DNA of 38,580 nt from the NCBI GenBank assembly GCA_038215675.1, contig JBBQQP010000001.1:1-38580 (forward strand). Reading direction: 5' to 3'. Made by a program: the position numbers and the translations under genes. Below the pieces are notes generated by a model. That model was given only the letters and a program-made list of their open reading frames with translations, was not told where the DNA came from and ran no database searches. This DNA comes from Chitinophagales bacterium (GTDB taxonomy: Bacteria; Bacteroidota; Bacteroidia; Chitinophagales; Chitinophagaceae). Positions 37,539-38,580 of this stretch are shown piece after piece. Every line of letters begins with the position of its first letter. Within the stretch, counting starts at the first letter, position 1.

Positions 37539-38580
37539 TACTTTATCTTTTTAAACACGATCTGCTCTGCTTCTTTGTTTACGATATAGGTATAAAAATC
37601 ACGGAGGTATTGATAGTCTTCATTTAGATAGGTAGCTTTCTTCATAACCAGCCTCACTCTCATTTGGATGTATTGATTATCTGCTGAAACCAAGTATTCA
37701 AACATCCCCTCATCATCATTAAAATTCATTCTTACAGATTTCGGGATTTCATCTACTTTGTAGCCCTTTGGTATCTCCATCGTAAATGAATAAATATCAT
37801 CGAAGGTGTAGGGCATTTCTACCGGGTAAAATCTTTGAGTTGCCTTAAAGGGATTGCTTTTAAGCGCCTCGGTTAGCATGGGATTGAAATAAACTATATC
37901 CTCGTCATTGAATGATTTCAAAAATAGGTCATACTTTAATGCAACCGGTTCTTTTAATAGTTTCAACGAATCGTAATGCACATTATCAATTAAAATCTCC
38001 TCGGGATACTCCTGTTGCAGCGATTTTTTAAATTCGTCGGATATTGATTTTGTCATTTTATTTCTAACCCGCTGCGATTCATATAAACCATAATTATGGG
38101 TAAAAGTTCCTTCAACAGCTCCCTTTTCTATATTAGAAATATATACCATAGTGGAGGTGGCTTCCAAAAGCGAATCTGCTACCAGGTAAAGTGGTGATGC
38201 AATATTGGTTTTAATTTCTCTTGCCTGTCCGTTGTATACTTTTGCAGGAAGTTTTCCAAAATCAAGTTGCGAAACAGATGCATCCAGCAATACTTCCTTA
38301 TTACCAATAACAATTTTTGCAATCACATAATTATATCGGTTGAGAAGTGGATAAAACTCATGCGTAAAGCCGTGACTTCTTGTACTAAGTATAACCGGAT
38401 TCGCTTCTATTTTCTGCGTTCGCAACATGGCGATCAGCAGCATATTGATATCAGCCGCAGAACCACTTTTATTTTTAAATACATCTTTCAAACCCTTGGA
38501 GACATACATCCCGTTATTATCATTCCACGTAAAATGATCCCGGACGTAAGCATAAATTTTTTCAGCCTTTTCCATTTCAT
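37538..38580 (-). CDS. DUF3857/transglutaminase-like paralog, catalytically degenerate (partial: 5' end off the right edge)
   Basis: The frame is open to the window end. Motifs IYAYVRD, GSAADINMLL (no Cys), ILSTR.HG, YNYVI (no His), LLDAS and EIPKGYKVDEIP. Its stop overlaps the next ATG (TAATG). Confidence 0.82.
   Translation of the reverse strand, partial: EMEKAEKIYAYVRDHFTWNDNNGMYVSKGLKDVFKNKSGSAADINMLLIAMLRTQKIEANPVILSTRSHGFTHEFYPLLNRYNYVIAKIVIGNKEVLLDASVSQLDFGKLPAKVYNGQAREIKTNIASPLYLVADSLLEATSTMVYISNIEKGAVEGTFTHNYGLYESQRVRNKMTKSISDEFKKSLQQEYPEEILIDNVHYDSLKLLKEPVALKYDLFLKSFNDEDIVYFNPMLTEALKSNPFKATQRFYPVEMPYTFDDIYSFTMEIPKGYKVDEIPKSVRMNFNDDEGMFEYLVSADNQYIQMRVRLVMKKATYLNEDYQYLRDFYTYIVNKEAEQIVFKKIK

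Overview
This is a gene-dense, AT-rich chromosomal segment from a Bacteroidota bacterium, most likely Chitinophagaceae-like (inference). Support: TAnnTTTG -7 promoter boxes, signal peptides ending just before Gln, and TamB, DUF5686, DUF3857 and Oar-type TonB-dependent receptor genes. Left part: a partial M14 zinc carboxypeptidase (missing from the ORF track), ggt, an outer-membrane beta-barrel, a TamB/AsmA-like protein, a TlpA lipoprotein, ribBA, two tandem Oar-like TonB-dependent receptors, a lipoprotein and a DUF5686-type protein. Right part: a DsbA-fold protein with SxxC, clpB, a serine hydrolase, a minimal 2-TM channel-like protein and a DUF3857/transglutaminase pair. The best candidate for an uncharacterised system is 22.6-30.4 kb. 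It encodes an alpha/beta esterase, a RimK/GshB-type ATP-grasp ligase, a YbdK/GCS2 carboxylate-amine ligase, a class I glutamine amidotransferase-like enzyme, a circularly permuted ATP-grasp ligase and a CHAD-like protein. Three amide-bond ligases plus two hydrolase-type enzymes suggest a non-ribosomal gamma-glutamyl peptide or conjugate pathway. The cluster is interrupted by a Uma2 nuclease gene and punctuated by 7-8 bp tandem-repeat arrays, mostly in fold-back pairs. Other signals are a duplicated promoter plus signal-peptide module on the two receptors, a solitary attC-like palindrome, and apparent leaderless transcripts. I found no rRNA, tRNA, CRISPR array, integrase or transposase. All family calls come from motif recognition by eye, not database searches.
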